DNA from: Botryllus schlosseri
Taxonomy: Eukaryota
Assembly: GCA_051294905.1 (NCBI GenBank)
Contig: CM119382.1
Coordinates: 3,224,001-3,288,000, forward strand
Length of the DNA stretch: 64,000 nt
Direction: 5' to 3'
The translations under genes and the position numbers were made by a program. The notes beneath the pieces are model-generated. The model did no database searches. It was not told the DNA's origin and saw only the letters and a list, made by a program, of their open reading frames with translations. Shown piece after piece: positions 40,101 through 55,100 of this stretch (within the stretch, counting starts at the first letter, position 1; every line of letters starts with the position of its first letter).

Positions 40101-43100
40101 ATTAATTCTAGAATTAGAAAGTAACACAACAAAAATCAAATTCAGTTCATGTTCAGTTCAGTTCAGTTCTCAGTCTCATGGACACGAGAATAGCTATTGT
40201 CTGCACACCAAAGTTTGCTAGTTTCGCACTATACAGTCCTACTATACCCTTTTCAGAAAAATCGGAAATTCGATTATAGTTAAAATTATAGCATATACAC
40301 AGATTTCGCAAATTAAATTAGAATTAGATATTTTCCGAATTACACAAGAATTAGAAATATAGCGACACAGTCATTTTTCCAAATTATATTATAATTAGGA
40401 TTTCTGAATTCGCTCAAATTTGGAAATATAATGAAGTTCGGTTCATATCAAATCAGATTTACTCTCATTAGAACAATATTGGCAAATGTCTGTATAGCAA
40501 GCTTGGCTGTTTCTCACTATACAGTTCTTCTGAAGCAATTTCATGAAAACCTGCGATTAGATTAGAACTATTATTAGAGCTTAGAAACATTTTAGAAATA
40601 TGATTATAATTAGGTTTCCGGCATTAGATCTGATTAGTCTTATAGGAGAACCAGAATTATATAGTTGTCCAAGTCTGCGTGGCACTCCATATTGTTCCGA
40701 ATTCGAGAGAGGAACCGTGCCATATAACTCCGTGTAATCACGACCTTTGTAGCCAAAACCCAATTCCTTCCGTGACTCACGCTGCGTTGGATTTACTGTA
40801 AAGTCCTACGAACGGCGATGTTATCCCGAAAACGTGGGGCTTGAAGCTTTAGGGGTACCGTATTTACAGATCGCACGAATTGATAACGATCTTGAACCGT
40901 CCCTAATGAGAGGGAGATAACGTTCCTCTCAATTAAATTTTTCGAAACGTCTTGACGTAATCAGATTGTTAGCCGAGTCGCTCCGTTGCTTGTGGCTGCG
41001 ACGGCCCGGGAAACCACGATTTAATCAAGGTTTCCATATAGTTACCGCGCAGCTGCGGGATTTAAAAACATGTACTTTATCCAAAACTACTGACAGGAAA
41101 CTATCCGTTGAAAAATTAGACGTTTTGGACCGGTTTCAAAAAGGCGGATTGTAATTATTGAAACGGGATCATAGATCATAATGTTTTCAAATCCCCCCTT
41201 TCATTCTAGTATATATCATTTTCCCAGTAACAGCTGGAAGCAGTATTCATGATACTGTATTATCTCTGAAAACCGTCTTTCTGCTCGTTATTATCCTTGC
41301 CCCTGGAAATATGACATGTTTTGATTGATTCAACCGATCCTATAATATGCTGTAACATCAGCATATTCATTTTCTTCGCTTTTGTAAAATATGCCTTAGT
41401 GCAATTAAGATCCTCGATAGTTGGAGGTGCATTTAGCAGATCAAACCCGGTTCGTTGCCCACTTGCATAAGTTTTGTTTGTGTGAGTACAATTCGTATTC
41501 ATTGAGTTAGACGAGATATAGTTATATCATTTTCCGATGCATTTCACAAGTGTATATGATCTCATTATTTCAGACACGCTCGTGAAATAGGTATCATATA
41601 CGACCGTTTACTTTCTGCTGTTTCGTGGGATCCAATAGCGGAATGTGTTAACTGTTTATTTGAGTATAATATTACAAAGATATAGTCTCAATATGAAAGC
41701 GAGCAATCATGAGATTGAACGAACAATTTCGTGTAATTTACCTCGCAAGACCAACTGTAATCGATGATCAAGTCAATGCAATTTATATCTACACAATATG
41801 CTCGGAGATCCAAGCATACACTGTCGCTGAATGCCCCATATTCATACATTGGCGTCCCTATTGATGAAAATTCTGTAAATTATTTGCTCTTAACTAATAA
41901 AGTCACTTAATTTTCAGGTGCAATAATAAAACGGAGTGCAATTTCGTGGTTTCCAGCGACGTTTTCAACGATCCGTGCTCCGGAACTCGGAAATATCTAA
42001 CAACAACCCACAGATGCCTTAAATTCAGTGAGTAGATGCAATGCATTAGTCTAAATATCGTATAAACATGACGATGAAAGGTGTGATGACGATGTAGTAT
42101 TAGTAGGAAATGTATTTGCCGTTGTGGCTACTGATTTCTTGTGCGTGACTGCTCCTTTGAAATTATTTTAAGGATATGAGTCACATTAATCCTCCTCAAT
42201 ATAACCATGATAAATCAGCTAGCGACACTCTGCTTACGACACGAAATCTGAGATTTACCTGTGATTGAACTTGAGTTTTAATAACCTAATTGTTTACCGC
42301 GGAACTGCGCCTGGCGTAGAGATGATCGTAATCCTGTAGCTTGACATTCAGAGGTCGCTCGCCAAGCAGCTACAAATTGATCAAAAGCTCATCAGAAAGT
42401 TCACTACACAGTTTATATGCAGCACAGAAATGTATCTGCTTTTTATCACTAACCCGTTCGGATTGTAACACAAGATCCTCACGAAGTCTCATTAGTGACT
42501 CAAGTTGTTTCACGCGTTTATAGGTCAATCGCAGCTGGCTAAATTCGGATCTGCAAGATGTATCTTGGTGACTAACGCAAAATACCTGGCCACACATGCA
42601 AATTGCCCCAATTTTCGAATGTATATTCAGTTACCGTGGAATGGGGCGCTATTTCATACGCACATTACGACAATCCAATCCATAAAAACGATGCAGGCTT
42701 ATCTTAAAAGTACATTGCACTTTTGAAAACATTCCAAAATGCGAAAAATAAGTAGGTTTACCTGAGAAACTGTTAAGTAGAAGTGGAATTACCCTAACAA
42801 CATTGCCACTTCAGTATATAGCCCAAGCGTCACTTATCATTAGGTTATCATTAATACTATATTTACTACGTAATACTATACTAGTCAGACCTCGACATTA
42901 CTGGACCAGGACCTGATATATCGGCCTCGTCTTCCGTCACATGCCACCTCATTTTGTCGCTTGTCCTTTTACTTTACGTTATATTCTATTACTTTTCATT
43001 CAACGTGCATGTCTCGTCTTTACATCGACTAGGCCCAGGTGGGTGATTGATTTGAAAGACCAATTCAAGTCGTTTCGACGCATTCCTGTCTTTTCATTGT

Positions 43101-46100
43101 ATCGCAATCGTGTAGTGTATAATAATAATAATAAGCTGAACCTCTTCGTGTATTCCATTTCAGTGTTTCAATGCCCTGGATATTTAATCGGAATAGGCAG
43201 AGAACACACCTCCCGCGTCGACGCTCAACCTCAAGCCGCGTCGTGGACTAAAGATCCTTTACAAAACCCGGGGCACGTCTATTTTGCATCGTCCGAGCAG
43301 TTGGTACACGAGTACACAACTTGGGACGATTTCGTCAACGGTATCTTCGGCAGTTCATACAGCCTACCGTCGAGAATGAGGCGAGGGAACTTTGTAGTCT
43401 ACGACAGAAATCTATACTACGTCAAGGTGTGTATACTGCATGTGTAATAAATAATTATTATCATTAGGTGTGGATTGCACAGATCCCGACCAATCCGTGA
43501 TCGCCGATTAAACGTCAGTAATCGACTGGCTTTCGTTGAACATATAACGACTGCCCACTAATCGGATAATTTTAATCGGCAAAATTTTAGCCGCCGAAGC
43601 GAGGTATCTCAGAAACATACTCCAGACATGACATGACATGCAACATAGTCCGAACACACCTCAAACATGATATTCGAGTGGGAACATAGTCCAAACATAC
43701 CTCAGACATGATGTCCTTTAGTAGCAAATACTTGACTTGACTCGAGTCACCTTGACTTGCCTCGACTCGAGATTTGCAATGCCTCGAGATGACTTGTGAC
43801 TTGAAGGTAGTGACTTGATCCCAACACTGGAAGTACATTGTTACTGATGACCTATGGCTTTTAGCGGTGATGTAAAATATGTCGAGGTTGATAAGGGGTC
43901 GATGAACCAAAAACGTTTGGGAACCTACAAAATGCTCTACACCTACGTGATGCCATATCTTACGGCTAATTAGTGTCCGGTGGATACTCCGGAGTACGTT
44001 TTTGCTGACACTAATCACCGATTCAAGTGCCCGATTACGGGATACGTTTTTTCTTCTTCTAAAAACGTGGCATACCGGGGTATAGCCATATTTTAAGTAG
44101 ATGCCTGGCGAAATCCAAAGTCCGTTACGCCTTTAGACTTTGTATTCTTTGATGCATCTATACTTCCATAATCAAGCCGTCATGCGAAAATGCGGTCGCT
44201 CAAAAATATTTCCAAGCCCCGCTGGACATGCATGGCGTAGCAGAGATAGATTGGGCGATGCGATAAACCCGTGTCTTTATGATCATGATTGATTCCTGTG
44301 TATTTCTACCAAGCTGATGGAAATCTGCGCTCAACGCAATCCACTGAAAAAGCGTAGGGTTTCATGCACGCGTAGCGGTTTAACGGACTGTTGCAGTTGT
44401 TACTACCGTACGTTTGTTGGTGCAAGCATATAACTGCCTACCATGGCCCATATCTCTGAAAGCTGGACCCTCATAAACCGAAGAAGCTGAGATTCTGTAT
44501 ATAGTATACCTCATCAGGTCTCATATTCGCCGCGGGTTCGCAACAAACTTGGACAAACTATCAATTTAGTTAGTCGACGACTGTTTTTCTGAGAAGTTCT
44601 CTAGTTCTAGTTGCGTATTTTGAAAAGCGAGCAGTACCAATTCTAGTTCTAGTAGCTCATTATAACTTTAGTTGCCGAACTGGCAACGCATGTCGTCGTG
44701 TGATGTTCTGTTATGTGATGTTCTTCCATCCATTGCTATACATCAGAGTCATCGCACTAAAAGCGGCGTAGCGAGAGGGTGGATTTTGGTGGTCGAAACC
44801 CCTACCATTTCAAACTTGTACTGATGTTCATGGAGAAAGCTGATCCTATCCTGATGAAATCAAAATTAATAAGTTGCTTCGCAATTGCATCTAGATAGTT
44901 GTGTTTTAATGTTAGTTGCAGATTTTTAAGTATCTTTAGTTAACAATTCTTCCTAACAATCGTCATTTAGGCCCTACTCCCACAAATCGTATTGTTTATA
45001 CAACAGCTTTTTACACTCATGCCGCATGAGTCATGCGTACTTAGTTAGAACATGTTTTACTATGCCTTGATTAGAGGTTTAAGAGTTCATCGTATAGAGA
45101 CGTTTCTTATAGTATACGGCAAATCTGAAACAGCATTTCTCGATCCGAATTGAGTGTTCGAGAACATCTGTCGTAAACAAATCGCTGAAGTGCTCGCTAA
45201 CGTATTGATGCCAAGTTACAAGGCCACGCCAATAATCATTTTCGGCCTACGTTGCGACATTTACATAATCATATGATTACAAAATCACTTCTCCTGTGAT
45301 TCAATCTAATGAGATGTGCCATTGTTTCTGAACATCGTCCGTTGTATTGCAGGCCGACTCTCGCAATATCATCCGGTATAGCTTGATCACGCATTCCAGA
45401 ACGAAGGAAAGCGTAATACCAGGCTCCGGGTCAAGCGGGAACGCGCTCGGCGGCGATATCTCTTTGGCGGTGGACGAGAACGGAATATGGGTGACCTACA
45501 CCAAGTCGACCAATGGCGCCATCACGATAAGCAAAATCAATCAAGACTCTTTGGCGCTTGAGGTGCGTATCATCTAAAGGAGTGCTTCACAACCTTTAGC
45601 ATGGGTAACATTTCAAAACAGATTTTGTGGATCGGTGAGCCATCGGATATCAAATTTAATCATAAAATGCCATTACGGCAAATGTATGCAACTCAAGAGC
45701 AAATATTTGAAAGTTCGATTCAATAAGAAAATTGGCGTTTTATGTGGTTTTACGAAAGTTTCAACAGGGTCAAGTTGATTTTGATTGTTTGGTTTCTTTT
45801 GAAAGAAATGCGAAATTGATGATTTCTAGTTCCATTGTGCTGCCAAATGTCGCTAAGTTATGACGTCGAAATTATACGAATTTTGTGTGAAAAGTGTTCT
45901 TAGCTTTCACGAACAGCTGGTCTTAAAACGAGTCGCAGGCTACTTTTAGACAGTTAGGTACAAACTTTGTACCAAGTCATGTACAGTACACGGTATAAGT
46001 CCAAAGTAGATCAACGCGAACTGTGCATGTCAACACGATGCAGAGAAAGACGTCGCAAATTTCTAAATCAATTGAATATTTGCTGTTTCTTTTCGCTAAT

Positions 46101-49100
46101 TATAATTGAGGTATGAAATTGCAAAATATTGATGGACCGGTGGTCAAATACCACGGGTCTTGAGAATTTTATACCCTTACTGTGGGTGATACTATTGTTG
46201 ATATACAATATTCTTTCAAACATTCTACTAGTAGCTTACAGTTACCCGTGTCCAACGAATATCGCCTGATATATTTCAATTTGAGTATATTATTCAATTG
46301 TATATTAAAGTTCTGTACCTCCAAGAATCTTTGTTATTGTTGACTTTAACGTAATTCGTTCGACGTTATCCAAATACAATAACATTACCTTAAAAATTGT
46401 AGGACTCGTGGACTACAACCCGTCGAGTAACGCAGTCCAAGCATACGTTCGTAATATGCGGCGTGCTGTACTCAGTCAGTTTTCGGAGCAGCAAAGTGGA
46501 CTATTCCTACAACACAAACTTGGAGTCAAACCCAGAAAACACGGACTTAGACATCTCATTCAACGCGCCCGGACGGCGGCTGTCCGGGAACAGAAAGTCG
46601 TTGCGTCACAACGCAACTTTTCTAGCGTACAATCCACGGGATCAGTTGATATATTCCTGGGACGCTAACAATGGGAATGCTGTTTACTATACGTTGACAT
46701 TTGACGGACTCGATACAGGAGGTACAGTATTTTCTTTTATATGTGAATCACAGATATTGAACGATCATTATGTTGAAAATGAGAAGTCCTGTAAGACAAT
46801 GAGAATCCTCGACCGATATTATAAGTTTTATGATTTGTAAAAAAATATGGTCACCCTGGAGTCCAAGACTACAGACACTTCTAATAGGACAGTTTTCAAG
46901 AAGTAAAATTACTTTCTTTTGCCACAATTGATTTTGAGAAGTAGATTGTTTTACAATCAAGTGAATCGATTGCGATTACATCTAAGCCTTGCTACATGGA
47001 TAACAGTTCGCAATTCAGACTTAATCGAGGATACATATATACAGAAGTATGACCAGTAGCGAAATACTCCAACTTACTCAAATATTGTTTTTGTCAATTG
47101 AGTGAAATGGTTATCTGTTTTGACTATTTTCATTTCTATTTACTAGAGTTTTAGGAGCTTTTACACATTAAATTTTAGTTTGGGGATTAAATTGCGTGAC
47201 TTTTACGATAGGAATGTCATAAAAAACGTCAAACAGCCCCTGCATCGTGGCAACTAAATCCACGTTCAAGGATTGCACCTATAGTGTATTGTTCATTTGC
47301 GTTAGTCTCGCAGATGTATGGTACAATTCCCAAAGTCACCACCTCCGATTAACTATGCTAAAAGTACGCGACTTCTCCACCACATCTGCGTTTTGAAACT
47401 GCTTGCTGAGTAGCCTACTTTTCAAAGCTTACAATTGGCTCTTCCATACTTGATGCGGTTAGGATGTATTTATGAATTACAGCTTCTACTTGTAATTGAG
47501 TATAAATTTGCGGCGATACTTCTACTTGAGCAGCGCCCTAATCCAAACCCTATAGCACCAACTAATGTGAGCGCAACTGTACGAAACGCGTTTGATTTCA
47601 TACGATTTGGCACAGTAAAACCGTGGGTCAGTATCGGTATCAGTTTTATCATTTCAAAACACAACAAGACTGCGATACAATGAAGAAAGGAAGGTGTCGA
47701 AACGACTTGGACAAGTCAGACACATAAAGCAAGAAATAAGGGTTAACATAAAACGATTAGTGATGAAAATGAATGACGCATGTGTCGATAGGCGAGGTCG
47801 ACATGTCGGATCCTGTAATCTTGCAGACTGACTAAAGTATTCATTCGGTAATTAATCGCCAAACGCCCGGATTTCAGTGAATTACGTCACAAGCACTACA
47901 ACCACGACGACCATTAGAACACGCACGACCAGAAAGCCGATGACAGTCTCACAGACGAGCAAACCGACATTAACGAAGACACCCGTATCGACATTCGTAC
48001 CACCCGTAGTGCCAGACTTAAACAGCTGCCCCGCGACGAATCGCGGTAGCTTCAGGTGGCCGAAAACAAGGGCCGGTAAAACGGCACGAATGCCTTGCGG
48101 AGATGGATTCGGAGGTAAGGATTGTCGTTACATTGAAATTTACATTGTCGAATACATTGTCGAATACGTTGGCAATGTTTGATTTTGTGAAAGATTGCTT
48201 CTTGTATGGGTGTTGGACAACTTTAGAATCATTTGCTTTTCCGAATTCGATTAGATTTAGAATTGTAGCTGCAGGTTTCTCCCGAATTAGATTGTAATTC
48301 GGATTAATGAATCCGTGCAAACTTCGAAATTGAATTATATTCCTAATCAGAAAGAGATACAACAAAACTCGAGCTCAGTTCGTATCAAATTGGAGTTCAT
48401 ACTCATAAGCATGAGAATACCAAATGTCTCATGCACACTAAACTTGGGTCGTTTCTACCAATACAGTTCTGCTGTAGCATTTTCGAGAAAGCCAGAACAT
48501 AGATTAGATTATTTAGTTGTTTATAGCTTTTTATCATGGTTGTTTTTGGCGAATTAATATCAGGTATATTGGGTTCAGAAATATGCGCACAATCGAAATA
48601 AAAAGTGGAATGAGATATTTTTGCGACCTACGGCAATTTTCCCAGGTTGATACTAACAACATTTGGAATGACTGGCTTTATATTTTAACCTTCCCGACCA
48701 CGTAAACCGGACGCATCGTAAGAAGGGCGATACATACATCACGAACGGTTTCGGTTTTAGACGCCATTCGGGTCAATCCTTAGATATACTCTACCGTTAG
48801 GACCTTATCATCGATACCAATATATATTCACATGAATCCCTGCGAATTCTCACGGCAACAAATTCGACGTGATCAATTCTGGACTTTGATAGAACGTCTC
48901 AACGTACATATCAATCAATCCAAACAGATGTCGCACTTGTCGTAGATTGAACTCCTCGAGTACCATAATAACCCTTACCTAGTAGATACACGTGATTTCG
49001 TAGCAGGCAGGGCTGCAGTATAGTCCCGCAACCGATTTTATCGATTCTGTTACGATTAGTCATGCGGAATCAATTTGTGACGAGATTTCAATTTCTCATC

Positions 49101-52100
49101 TGGCATTAGTGTTATGCTAAACATGACAAAACACAGTTTGGAACGTGAGCGAATCGGCATACGCACTATTTTATGTTAATACCATATAGAATACTGAATA
49201 ACTGAACTACTTCACACGAAAACTCGTACAAAATCATCCTAATGAAACGTTTCATTTTTCCCACCTACACTTCAGGTTTCGCGACCTATCAATGCGTGCG
49301 TCAGCCCTCCATGAGAGAAGCGGCCTGGTTCGTTACAGGCCCAGACGTAACGGAATGTATCACGTGGGCGACTGGAATACGCCATAAATATCGAACAAGT
49401 GAGTTCATTTATGGAATTGGCTACAACACATTATTAATCTAATGATGTCAGTTACCCATTTTAATATATATATTATGATGCATCATATTATATATGTTAG
49501 TATGTATACAATTGATTAATATATTCATATTGAAATAAACTCGAATATTTTCGCCTGGAGTTTTCATCGTATATGGTACTAGGGAATTGGAAAAAAACAT
49601 TGGTTATCAAAGAATAATGGCCATTGTATCAAAATATATATTGTTAACGTCACCATGTAAATTATCTTACGCAAGGTTTACGACAGGTTTTTGAATTACC
49701 CTGTCTTTACAGGCGAGCTGGACAGGGCTACTGCTATCGACGAGCTCCTGACTGGCCTAAAACAGTACGGGGTTAATGATAAATCCCTTCAGTTTTCAAC
49801 CGATCTCATATCAGAGCTACTTGAAGACAAAACCACACCAAGCAAAGCGGCTACTAAAGAAATGTTACTGGTAAGTAATTCCAATTCAATCTTGAAGTTT
49901 TGGGCTGAGATTTGTAGGGCGATTCTCATCCAGGTTTTATCTCCATTGTTTTATTTACATGGTGTAAGTTGCATTGAAGATTTTCTGCCAAATTTTAATG
50001 TCATTGTTATTGGATTTGGTTACATTATGTGCGTAGGGAAATGCCTAGTCTCGCTCTAACTAGTCTGTTTCGATACTAGCTATGTTTATTTCACGCCTGG
50101 AATTATAAACGCCGTCATATGTATTGGGAAAATCGAATTCTCCACACTGCTTTATAAGTAGGACATCATGATGTTCGCACGCTGATAGCACGGTCTGCCA
50201 AATTTAATCCAATCATTTTCGCACTTTATTCTTGACAATAACAACATTCTTCAGAGGTCACATCCTAGTATGTTCAAGGTGTCAATTTATGACGCAAAAT
50301 ATTGGATGCGAGCGTCAACATTTCAACTTCGAATGTCATCGCTGTACAGAGCGTTTTGTGACATAAAACAAATAAACACGCTCGAGAGAAAATCAAAGCC
50401 GTGCTGAAATTGAAACGCTTTTGAATTCGAATAAAAACCTTTATTTCACGACGCTACCTGACATTGGAATTCTCAGAATCAAACAATGATATCTGAGATG
50501 GCATAACCGAACGCAAGTAAACATTTGACTTGCTTGCAGTGAAATGAAGGAGATTTTTAGTGTCCCCGTAGTGAGATCAACAATAACCATCCAACGGGCC
50601 ACTTGCCTTCATACCGACTTAGACAAATTGATAATTCTTGTTGTGCAATTACACTAATTAAAGCGAAATACTGGTAATCTAATTCCTATCTAATTCATGA
50701 AATGTTTCTTTGCTCTAATTCTAATCTAATTTGTGATGTTTCGAGTCGTAGTTTAAATTCTAATCTAATATCTGATTTTCCTGAAAATGCTACAAAAGAA
50801 CTGTATAGTGAAAACGCTATGTAGTTGTAATTCTAATTCGAATCTAATTTCAAAAATGCTGTAGATATAATTTTAATTCTATTGTAATTTGGGAAAAATG
50901 TGTCGCTATAATTTTTATTCTAATCCATTCTGGAAAATGCTGTAGCTATAATTCCAATTCTAGCCTAATTTGGAAAAACTGTGTAGCTATAATTCTAATC
51001 TAATTTGGAAAGGCTGAAAATTTTCTAGCTTTACAACTCTGACTTAATGTTTGTGCCGAGAACATAGTATCTCGATTGGCCTAGTCATAGTTCCCCATCG
51101 TGATATTGTACAACAGTGAGGATTGCGTTACATTTTCGAATGTTCAAATGCAACTGCAATGTACGCTGTATCGCGCCTCAGCCCTGAAATTGTAAATTTC
51201 GAATGGGGTAGTATTTTGCAGTTGCCCGTTTTGAGGTATGTCGGAATTATCTCGAATTTTGGTGAGGCATGAAACAAATAAAAAAATTTCAACTTTTCCA
51301 AATTAGATGAGAATTAGAATTATAGCTACACAGTTTATTCTTTCAGATTAGCCTATAATTAAAATCAAAACTACGCAATATTTACTTCCAAATTAGATTA
51401 GAATTAGAATTAGAATTAGAACAAAGACACAATTCACTTATTATATCAGAATTGGATTACCGGCGTTTCGCCCTAATTAGTTTAATTATGCAACTAGGAT
51501 TATCTAGGTATCCAAGTCTGGCATGTGATTCCACTTTTACGTTGATAAATTAATAACATTTGGTATGCTGTTGCCTACAGTCAAGGAAGCCGCCATTTGG
51601 GAGTCTTTATTGCGAGTCTCCCGATTCCTGTGAACCGTACCAAAGCGTATCTGAAGTCGTGCCGTTGAAATACAGGCATGCGTTTTATCGGAATCGAATT
51701 TCGATGTTGTGATGAACTCTAGCTGTGATGAAAAGCTGGATATCATACGCGATTGAACTTTTGGCACGCTCCGGCGAAATCGATGTGCTTTTGCCGGCGC
51801 ACTTTTTACTGTTGATGCTTTTACCGTGACCTGCCTTTTTCCTTTCATTTTATCACGGTTTCGACGGTATAGTGATGTAGGTTAAACAGCAGACATGTCA
51901 AGGTCAACTGAATTATTTTTACAAATGTCCAGTCAGGGCTTTAGTCATGACTCGACTCGAGTCTGCCTCGAGTCTCATTTTTTATTGACTCGACTTTACT
52001 TGAGTCATTTTTTTAATAATGGAAGTTATATGACTCGACAAATCATATATGACTTATTCAAGCCTTGTATATCAGGACCAGAAACTGTCTTTTATCTATT

Positions 52101-55100
52101 TTAAAAACATGTTTAGACTGAAAAAAATTAGTATAATAATAATCCGAGGCGTTCGATTCCGTCCAAGAGTTTCACAGAAGTTTTCACATGTTGCTGTACA
52201 TCATACAGTATGATGGGCTACATATGCAATTAAATAATGACTCTGTTCAGGCTTTATCAAACGTCGACGACGAACTGATGAAGAGCGAGAAATCTTGGGA
52301 CGATCTTCCTGCTGAAAAACGATCAGAAGTTGCCGCGTCGTTGATGGCAGCTACGGAAAAAATCGGCTTTTTCTACGCCGACTTGGTGTCTGCTGAGCCC
52401 AGCGACGTGAGGGATAACGGTAGGGAAAAGTCTAATCGAAATTCGCCTACATGGTCTTCAAACCGCTCCAATCGATGTGGATTTATACTAATGTACACTA
52501 TTACTTACAGACCCTCTAGTTGTCCGGAGCCGCGAACTTTTCGTGCAGGTTGAGATCCGAAGTAAAACCCCCGCTCACTACGCGTCACAGGACGTAACGT
52601 CATTTCCCAACAGGGGAAATTGCGGCAAAAACACGCGGGCTTGTTCCGGTGACGTGATTCAGATATCGGACGCGGAAATTATGAAACAGCGCGCAGTTAC
52701 GGGTAAAGTGAAATATATGATATTCATCAAGCAAATTTGTACAACTAGATAATTATGTTCGCTATTTAGAGCGAAATGACGGTAATCTAAATCGAATCTA
52801 ATTAATTCTAAATATCGTCCAATTTCTGGTTTTCCTGAAATTGCTACAGGAGAACTATATACTGCGAAACGATCCAAGCTCGTTGCACAGGCATTTGCCA
52901 TTCTTGTGCTTACGAATACGAACTCTGATTTTATGCGAACATGATTTTTGTTGTGTTTCTTTCTAATTTGGAACCTAATTCAATTTCCTAGATTTTGCTA
53001 ATTCGAATATTCTAATTCTAATCCGGTTTGAGAAAAAATTGAATATATATTTGAAAATGGCAGCTATATGTAGTGTGATTAGTCAAGCCGCGACCGAGTC
53101 TAGTTTTATTTGAAGCTGCTTTTCCAAGCACTTTTCAGACGTTTGATTGTCTACATCCACATGAAGTAGTTTGTCGGGGCTTGGAAATTAGTGCATTTAC
53201 TTCTAATTGAGTATATATGATCGACATTACTTCAACTTCTACTTGAGTAGCAAATCTGACTGCTTATGCCGCCTTAGATTGATCAATGTGTCATTGTGCA
53301 ATCTATAACGTCCCGACTCCCCTAACTTGATTATTTTCTTTACAGACCCTTCAACAATCGTGTTTGCCTTGTATAACAAACTCGGCGATTACCTGGCTCA
53401 AAGCGACGCAGAGTGGGTGTTGGATTCTAAAGTCATATCTGCCACATTCACGCAGCCCAACTCAAAGACTGAGCTAGACCAGCCGGCAACTATCACATTG
53501 CAGCACAAAACCCAGGTTTGATCCGAATAGATAACATATTCATTAGCTCTGGTCCAAGATGGAACGGTTTTTTTAATATATTATAGTTAGTATGATTTGT
53601 TGGGATTCTTTGCACGGGCTATGAATGTTTTCATTTTTACAGAATCGTAAGCCGAGGAGATGCGTATTTTGGGACGTACAGCATACCAGGTACTGTCGTA
53701 ATGTCACATTATTTATGCTTAATATAGTGTGATGGTCGATTATATGGTAAATTATCATAATCTTTTTTTGCAATCAATTCAAAATTTTCAAGCTACAATA
53801 GCTTCATTTCATCTAGTTGAAATTGAGCAAAATTTGGTGTGCAACGCTTTTTTAGCCAACCTAGCAATTTTACGAAATGGCCGCAAAATTAAAAAGAAAA
53901 ATTAAACAACCCCAATTGCATTGTCTGCCAACTTCCCATTTTACGCCTTTTCGCCTACTTGTACCGTTGTAGATAACAGATTTTCATACAATATTGCGTG
54001 ACTGAACTACGTGAGTTCTTCATAAGTCAAAATGTTGTAAAAAAAAGTTTAATGCCAAAAGGATTTTCAGCAAAAATATTTCGTTTTTAGGTGAAAAAAT
54101 TATCTCCCTACTCATATATATTCTTTTCTGCAGCGGTAAAGGCGAATGGAGCGACTCGGGCTGTCGGTTACAGACCAGCAATCAAACTCACACCACCTGC
54201 CAATGCGATCACCTCTCAAGCTTCGCGGTTCAGGTCAACGAAAACGAATATGCCGCACAGGCAATTTATGATCCGATGCTGGACGTTGTGACGAAGATCG
54301 GGATATCGATTGCGATGGTTTGCTTGCTGTTCTGCGTTCTCACTCTGTCCTGCTTCAAGTAAGTGGAGACTGTGCATATGTAGCGTGTTACGAATTAGAG
54401 TTTGGGGATTATAGAATCATGCTGGTTTGTTACGGTTAAGAGTGCGATTGTGATTACATACAGGCCTTATGTATGGATAAAAAAGATTATAAATCGGAAT
54501 TAATCAAAGATTCGTGCACTAGATTTGTTAAAAAATCATTTCAAATTTACTGGCTTCTTGATAAAATTGTTAGGTTGCCTAAAATAACGCGGCTCACCGA
54601 TTTCGACACGATTCCAAGCTATAGAAGCATTGCTATATAAGATAAAAGTCTTCGATTTATTTAATAAAAGCAAGCATAAAAATTTTACAAGTTTTACTGG
54701 CTACCCCGCAAAATTATTAGGTTGTCTGAACAAAACGATGCACAACAAATTCGTAACGAAAGCAAAAAGATAGTACTCGATGGTTTAGTTGATTTGAATC
54801 TGCAATTACGTACGTTAACGGCCGCAAATCTCCTGCTGCGCAGTCTTGACGCGAAAAACATTGTTGTGATATGCGTCGATCAACTAGTCTTTGAATATAA
54901 TAATAAGGCAACACTAAAGTAAATTACACTTGTACTAGAAAATCACAGCATAATTTCCGTAATTTCGATTCTTTATTTACAATCATCTCTACCTCTGCCC
55001 CTTGCCAAGTCTTCATCTACCGCAATTCTGTAATCAGACCTCTTCATGTATTGCATAGTAATAGCAATTTGACTGTGTAACTGTATTACGGACATTTTAA

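Noticed and set aside
42779-42798. AG|AAGTGGAA resembling the vertebrate latrophilin splice-site-A micro-exon (KVEQK)
   Set aside because: No pyrimidine tract, no GT donor at 15 nt, and an in-frame TAA follows (KVELP*); probably chance.
47668-47712. TGAAGA...CGAAAC in the 230-bp repeat as a second hammerhead
   Set aside because: C3 is absent (AATGAAGA), other copies read TGAAAAGA, and no helix I or III pairing is found.
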